Source of the DNA: Fonticula alba ATCC 38817
Lineage: Eukaryota; Protista; Nucleariida
Reading direction: 5' to 3' (one strand)
DNA length: 49,318 nt
NCBI GenBank assembly: GCA_000388065.2
Contig: KB932201.1
In this document: positions 43,337 through 49,318 of the stretch, in pieces
How the letters are laid out: each line of letters opens with the position of its first letter
Numbering within the stretch: the first letter of the stretch is position 1
Translations under genes and position numbers: made by a program
The notes under the pieces: generated by a model
Database searches by the model: none
Seen by the model: the letters and a program-made list of their open reading frames with translations, nothing else
What the model was told of the DNA's origin: nothing

Positions 43337-45394
43337 TTAGGAGGACGCAACCGACGGAACGACGGTGCCGTCAGCCCGCTTGTAAGCGTACGCCCGGTGG
43401 TGGCGGTCGTTGATGTGAGACAGGAAGAAGGTGCTCGGGGCGATGGTATCCTGGTGCGAGGCAACCGGAGAGAAGGAGGCAGCCCCATGGGCGGCCTCCC
43501 GCCGAGACAGGGCATCAGTGAAGTGCTGGGGAGAGACGGCGGTCCGGGCATTGAGACGCGCGGCCAGATCCTCCAGGCCGACGGGGATGGCGGGGCCGCG
43601 CACACGCAGGCAGAACATCGACGAGGCCAGACCACTGCCATAGGAGAAGACCATGAGCCGGGCGCCGGCCAGCTTGTCAAGCGGCTCGCTGGCCAGGACA
43701 CTGGCCAGGGAAGCATACGCCGAGGCGGTGTAGCTGTTGCCGACGTTCTTGGCAATCAGGGTGGCCGGGGACACCTTGTCGGACCAGAGGCCAGAGCTGA
43801 CCTTGCGGAAGCCGGCCTCCAGGGCCGCGCAATCGCGATTGGTCTCGGGGGTGCTCTCGGCCACGAGCTGCTGCAGCTCGGCCGACACCTGCGGGAAGCG
43901 GGTGGCCGCCAGCTCCGGGCTCTTGGCCGCCGCGGCCACATAGTCCAGATAGGCCAGCCGGCTGACGGACTTGCGCACCAGCTTCAGGTAGGGCGAGTGG
44001 AAGACCAGATAGTCCAGGGACCCGGTGTCGACGGGGGTCTCATTCGGCCGGAGGGCGGCCCCGCGCTCCTGCAGGCGCCGGTAGCAGGTGTCCAGGGCGC
44101 GGGTGAAGCAGGTGGCCGACAGGCGCCCATCAACGGCCGGGTACTCGGAGGAGAAGTCCGGCTTGTAGAAATCGTAGACGTGCTCGAAGTGCGAAGAGCG
44201 GAGGCCTGAGAGGAGGGGAGGGAGAGGGCACACGGCCGGCGAGCAGCAAGCGGCAAGCAGCAGGAAGGGGGGAAATGGGGGGGATACCGGAAGGGGAAAG
44301 GACGGGGGTGTGAGTGGCCAGGCGGATCGTGTGAATGGAGGGAGAGGAGGAGAAGGAGGGAGAGGAGGAGGACAAGCGGCAAACGCACCGGGCTCCAGGT
44401 AGACGGGGGCATTGGGCCCGACAAGCATGGCGATGGCAGCACAGCCGCCGGTCGGCCGGGCGGCCTTGGTCCCGTAGACGGCGATGTCGGCGGCGACCAC
44501 GATGCCATAACGCCCGCACCAGGAGGACCCCTCCATCCAGGCAACGGTGTTGAAGAGGGCCGCCGTGCCGCCGTAGCAGGCATTGGTGGTGTCGATGCCC
44601 TCGACGTCGGTGTTGCCGCTGTTGGCAAAGAGCTGCATCAGGACGGTCTTGGTGGCCTTGCTCTTGTCGATGATGGTCTCGGTACCGACCTCCAGGCGGC
44701 CGATGGCGCTGTAGGGGAGTCGAGTGCGCATCATCAGCCGGCTGACCGCCGTCAGGCAGATGGAGTTGATATCCTCATTGTCGTCGACCACGGCCATGCG
44801 CGACTGCCCAAGGCCGATGGTGTACTTGCCGGAGCTGACATTATCGAACTCCTCTGTGCATGCGTGTGTGTGTGTGTGTGAGGGGGGAGAGGGGGGGGGA
44901 GGGAGTCGGGCGGGAGACAGGGGTAAGTGACGAGGGAGGGGGCCATGGAAGCCAGAAGAAGACACTGTGTGTGTGTGTGTGTGTGCGTGTGTATGCGTGG
45001 GGATGAAGAAGCAGGGAGCGCGCGCACCGAGGTCGGACTGCTCGACGAAGCTCTGGGGGAAGTACACCTCCATGGCCAGGATGCCGATGTCCTTGGGCCG
45101 GCCAGCCGATGCATCGAAGGGGGTGCCGATGTTGGACAGAGCCGGGGGGAGGGGGACGGCTGGCTCGCGCGAGGTGTCCGGATTGACGAAAACCATGGCC
45201 TCCGAGGCGAAGGAGGTCACCGGCGAAGTGGACACCGAGGAGCCGCACATCTCCGGGGTCAGGGAGGGCGACACGTCGGCCGAGGGGGAGGGCGATACGT
45301 CGGCCGAGAAGGAAGGCGACACCGGGGCCGTGGCAGCGTTCTGGTCGATCGGCTGGCCCTGTTGAAGGGTATCACTGGAGGCGGAGGTGGACAT
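43337..45394 (-). CDS. HMGCS: Hydroxymethylglutaryl-CoA synthase (mevalonate pathway); exons 45394-45028, 44853-44389, 44205-43337; 566 aa
   Basis: RPKDIGILAMEVYFP, GKYTIGLGQ, EDINSICLT, IGRLEVGTETIIDKSKA, catalytic NACYGGTAALFN, ARPTGG..AIAML, YDFYKPD, VFHSPY, VGNSYTAS, FSYGSGLASSMF. Confidence 0.96.
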   Translation of the reverse strand: MSTSASSDTLQQGQPIDQNAATAPVSPSFSADVSPSPSADVSPSLTPEMCGSSVSTSPVTSFASEAMVFVNPDTSREPAVPLPPALSNIGTPFDASAGRPKDIGILAMEVYFPQSFVEQSDLGARAPCFFIPTHTHAHTHTHTVSSSGFHGPLPRHLPLSPARLPPPPSPPSHTHTHACTEEFDNVSSGKYTIGLGQSRMAVVDDNEDINSICLTAVSRLMMRTRLPYSAIGRLEVGTETIIDKSKATKTVLMQLFANSGNTDVEGIDTTNACYGGTAALFNTVAWMEGSSWCGRYGIVVAADIAVYGTKAARPTGGCAAIAMLVGPNAPVYLEPGAFAACPPPLPPSPPLPPFTRSAWPLTPPSFPLPVSPPFPPFLLLAACCSPAVCPLPPLLSGLRSSHFEHVYDFYKPDFSSEYPAVDGRLSATCFTRALDTCYRRLQERGAALRPNETPVDTGSLDYLVFHSPYLKLVRKSVSRLAYLDYVAAAAKSPELAATRFPQVSAELQQLVAESTPETNRDCAALEAGFRKVSSGLWSDKVSPATLIAKNVGNSYTASAYASLASVLASEPLDKLAGARLMVFSYGSGLASSMFCLRVRGPAIPVGLEDLAARLNARTAVSPQHFTDALSRREAAHGAASFSPVASHQDTIAPSTFFLSHINDRHHRAYAYKRADGTVVPSVASS

Positions 45395-45438
45395 TATGGT
45401 CGGGGGGAAGGGAGGGCTGGCGGGTGGTGCGAGGCAGT

Positions 45439-45440
<2 letters not shown>

Positions 45441-45492
<52 letters not shown>

Positions 45493-45515
45493 CGGGGGCG
45501 GGGGGGGGGGGGGGG

Positions 45516-45550
<35 letters not shown>

Positions 45551-45554
45551 GGGG
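45441..45554. repeat. ~114-nt almost pure G tract immediately upstream of HMGCS, running into an N-gap
   Basis: Read directly: G run with a few C/A interruptions. Confidence 0.85.
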
Positions 45555-46626
45555 NNNNNNNNNNNNNNNNNNNNNNNNNNNNNNNNNNNNNNNNNNNNNN
45601 NNNNNNNNNNNNNNNNNNNNNNNNNNNNNNNNNNNNNNNNNNNNNNNNNNNNNNNNNNNNNNNNNNNNNNNNNNNNNNNNNNNNNNNNNNNNNNNNNNNN
45701 NNNNNNNNNNNNNNNNNNNNNNNNNNNNNNNNNNNNNNNNNNNNNNNNNNNNNNNNNNNNNNNNNNNNNNNNNNNNNNNNNNNNNNNNNNNNNNNNNNNN
45801 NNNNNNNNNNNNNNNNNNNNNNNNNNNNNNNNNNNNNNNNNNNNNNNNNNNNNNNNNNNNNNNNNNNNNNNNNNNNNNNNNNNNNNNNNNNNNNNNNNNN
45901 NNNNNNNNNNNNNNNNNNNNNNNNNNNNNNNNNNNNNNNNNNNNNNNGGGGAGGGTAGCAAGATCCGGGGGCGCGTGCGCCCCACCACGGGGGGGGGGGT
46001 GGAACGAGAGGGTTCGGCCCCGACCCCCCCCCTTCGCCAACGGTAGGGAAGACGGGCTGGGGAGGGCGCTATCGCCTGACCGGTGGATCCCCCGGGCCCG
46101 CGGCAGGTTGAGGCGCCAGGTGCCTAACGGTGGGGACGCGTGCAAGAAAACGGCCGATCTGCGGAAAACCGACAGACACCGGGAAGCCAGTCGCGGGACT
46201 GTGGACGGGGTGGGGGGCTAACCGTGTGGGAAACCGGCGCATCTGGCGCCAGGCAGGGAGTGGGGGGGTGCCCTGGCTGCCGTCGTATCTCTCTGCCTGC
46301 TTGGGGAGTGCGGCCTCGAGGACGGCCACACGGGCACGCCCGTGTGGCGGGGTCTCCGTTGCCGCGGGGCCAGTGTGCCCGGGCCGCCCCGGATCAGCCA
46401 GAAAAAGCCAGCCCCAAGGGGACGCGCCCCCTCCCTCGCTGTCCCCCCCGCCCCCCCCNNNNNNNNNNNNNNNNNNNNNNNNNNNNNNNNNNNNNNNNNN
46501 NNNNNNNNNNNNNNNNNNNNNNNNNNNNNNNNNNNNNNNNNNNNNNNNNNNNNNNNNNNNNNNNNNNNNNNNNNNNNNNNNNNNNNNNNNNNNNNNNNNN
46601 NNNNNNNNNNNNNNNNNNNNNNNNNN

Positions 46627-46671
<45 letters not shown>

Positions 46672-49318
46672 GCCGATCCCGTCCAGATCGGCGGGGCACA
46701 GGTGCGCCTGGCCGAACCGGCTTGAGAGCCAGGCGAACGCCATCGAAGAATGGGGCCGCTGCCCACTCTCGCCTCGCTGGAAGGCCGGGCCGGGCCGGGG
46801 GGGGGGAGTCTCGGCGCGGGCGGTGTGCGGGGATCGGATGCCCCGGCGGTCCGTCCCCCGGCCGGGGGCGGGTCCAGCCCGGCCTCGCGCTGCGGGTGCT
46901 CCCTAGCCGAGGGGGGGGGAAATATCGTACGATTTCTCCCCCACCCCCCGGTCGCCGGCCCCCTCTGCCCCGGCCCAGCCCGGCCCGCCCCCGTTCGCAA
47001 GCCAGGCACAGAGACATGGAAATATGCCAGCCGTCGGTCGGAACGCAGGGGCGCAAGCGCCCGGCCCGGGAAGGAATGCCCAAGCTCGAATGCTCCGACC
47101 GCGGTGCACATCACCCGATTCCCCGCCCCCCCCCCCCCCGCCCACAGACAGCGTAGCTCCATGTCGAATCTCACCTCACCCCCCCGTGGTACTTGGGCTC
47201 GCGAGGGCGCCGAGCATCGATTGTGTCGCCGACGCGCCTGCGCCCTCCCCGCGGCTGTTGGTAGACTCATTCCCCCGGCACCCCCCCCCCCCCCCGGCAA
47301 ACCGGCGGTCTGCCGGAAAAAGCGAGGCCTGGTGGCCTTGGGGCTCGCCGGGGCCTGATGCCTCGAATTCGAAAACCCCCCCTCTCGCGGGGTCCCATCG
47401 ATTCTCCCGCCTCCGGGGAGCGAGGGGTTAGCGAGCTGCGGCATGGGGCCCGGGGGCGGCCGTCCTTCGGCCACGCGCCGGCCCAGGCTCATCTTCCGGG
47501 CATATTCCCGGAAGCCACGGCCGCTGAGCTGGAGGGCGTCTGCCAGGCCACGGCCGATGACGTCCCCGGCCGGTAGCCCCGCCCCACCCGCACACTCTGA
47601 GAGGCGCGCCGCATGCTCGCCCGCCCGGCCTTTCTTGAGTGGCCTGATCTCCGCCCCCCCCCCCCCCCCCCCCCCCCCTCTGCGCGCGCGTGCCGCGGCT
47701 CTACAGGGCCTTGAATCTCAAGGGAGGCCGCGTTTGGCGATGTGGCGAAACCGCAGCCTTCTCGCCGCCGGCTCCGGCGAACGGGCACAAGCTCCTCGCC
47801 CCCCCCCGGGCCGGTCCAGAAACAGACGCGAGTCCCAGCCAACATAGGATCAGGCCATTTTCTCCCTTTGCCACGGTCGCACGTCCGCGGGCCCATGGCC
47901 CAGGCGCGCGAACGCGCACGGAGGGCAAGCGAGGAACGCCCCGAGAAGCCGGCAGGCGGCCCCCGCCTCCCCCCCCCCCACCGGGAGGAAGGGACAGACA
48001 TGACAACGCTCAGCCGGCCCCTGATCAAGGGACAGAGACATCAGGCCATTCCTGGGCCCGACCGGCGCTCCCGCCCCCCCCTTGCCGGGAAAGAGCGAGG
48101 GAGAGGAAGGGAGACCTTTTCGCCGGAGTCCGGCCGGTGGGCTTCCGGCCGCGGGGAGGTCTCGATCGTCGGAAATATGGTCGGCGCCTGGCCGGCGCAT
48201 CAGGGAATGCTCCACCATGGACTGACCATCCAGGGCGAGAGATGCGGGGCAGGGGGGCAGAAGGGCCGGCAAGTCACCTCGCCCGCGGGTTCCCCCCTTC
48301 GCCACCCCGGGGAACACAACAGCGAGAGCAAAGGCCGCTGGATGCACGGCGCGCGCCCCTAATGCAGGATTAAGCCCAGAAGCACTGGTGCCGGTGGCCC
48401 CGATTGATTGGAGTGTCAGGTGCACAGGAAAGGGCCCAATAAATAATGCCGGGGATCATAGCGCGCGGTTTTTCGCGACACTCTCGCTGTTTTCCGCTTC
48501 GGCGGCCCTGAGGGCTCGAGGACCGCCTTGCCGGCCCGTGCGGCTTCCGTAGGACCGATGGATGCGGCTGGTCGCGGCCTTCTTTCAGCCCCCCGCCCCC
48601 CCGCTCCTCCAGCCCGCCATTTCAGGGAACCGCCGCCCAACTGCGCTGCCGGGCGCTCGGGCCCCGATCAGAGAATGTCTCACCCCTGAGGGCGGCCGGC
48701 CATGCGTCCTCGCGGCCGGGGAGCCAGAGGAGAAAGGCCGGGGGATGCGGGGTGCGGGGGGGGGGGGGGGATCCGCATGCTCCAGGGCCAAATGGGTGCG
48801 GGTCAAGGGGCGGGGCGCGGGCGCCTCTGCGGGCCACGCGTCCGCCATTCGCCCAGAGCAAAGTGGTGTTGTCTTTGTGGCTGGATGCGTTGCTGGGCGC
48901 GCCTGGTTGAGGCTAGTTACTAGTGGGTGTTTGGACGCGCCATCGAAACGGAGCTCGGGGGATATCGCTGCGAGAGGACGTTCGCCAGTTGAACGCCGCG
49001 TCCGATGCTTCTTGCCTCTTCGCTTTCTCTCTCGCGCTCTCATTTTGTAACAGCCAGGGCCCTGGGGGCGTGTCCAGGACAGGCCTCGCGGTCCTTCTCT
49101 GCCAGTGGCCGGAGCAGAGGGGGACCGTGTCTTCGGCGCCCACACGGGAGGCCGCGTGTGGATTCAACAGTAGGGCTCTGAGGCGCCCCGGAGGCTGGGG
49201 GCGAGGGGGAGTTGCAAACAGCGATGGTTGTGTTACTCTTCTCCAGCCGGGGCGCCATGAACTTTCTGTCACCTTGACGTCTCCCCTTGGCCTTGACCGC
49301 GGGGGGGGGGGGGGGGGG

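Larger units (their letters stand above)
13542..46625. other. Ten scaffold gaps (N): 13542-13763, 18728-18901, 20082-20911, 21554-21563, 22815-22892, 29684-30101, 30773-31127, 42635-42707, 45555-45947, 46459-46625
   Basis: Runs of n in the sequence. Each is flanked on at least one side by a G or C run. Confidence 0.99.

Noticed and set aside
45395-45988. Poly-Pro/X N-terminal part of the 883-aa HMGCS ORF and similar poly-Gly/poly-Pro ORFs
   Set aside because: Artefact of translating the G tract and N-gap; not coding.
1-49318. Search for tRNA, rRNA, CRISPR arrays, transposase/RT ORFs and terminal repeats
   Set aside because: None seen. The repeats present are microsatellites, short tandem units or low-complexity coding runs.

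Overview
This is eukaryotic nuclear DNA, not prokaryotic. It is GC-rich and intron-rich, with many poly-G/poly-C tracts and (CT)n/(CA)n microsatellites, plus 10 N-gaps that each abut a G or C run. The overall style suggests a microbial opisthokont such as Fonticula (inference only). I built spliced models by hand (GT..AG, phase-checked) for 11 genes: the 3' exon of an unknown gene (+); a large signal-peptide, low-complexity, probably type-I membrane precursor (-); a GILT-family thiol reductase (-); the DEAH helicase DHX37/Dhr1 (+, 18 exons); an SLC13-type permease with two TrkA-C domains (-); a divergent WrbA-like flavodoxin-fold protein (+); a Pro-rich orphan (-); a mitochondrial RsmH/METTL15 methyltransferase with a ~890-aa N-terminal extension (+); an EHD ATPase ending in NPF (+); an 84-aa acidic-Trp + SH3 mini-protein missed by the ORF track (-); and HMG-CoA synthase (-). 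I found no supportable tRNA, rRNA, CRISPR or transposon. The most interesting points are the giant RsmH fusion, the furin-site/11-mer-repeat surface precursor with possible soluble versus anchored isoforms, the EHD-NPF and neighbouring mini-SH3 pair, a near-invariant +4C splice-donor consensus (GTRCGT), and a tandem-ATG/uORF cassette upstream of the TrkA-C permease.
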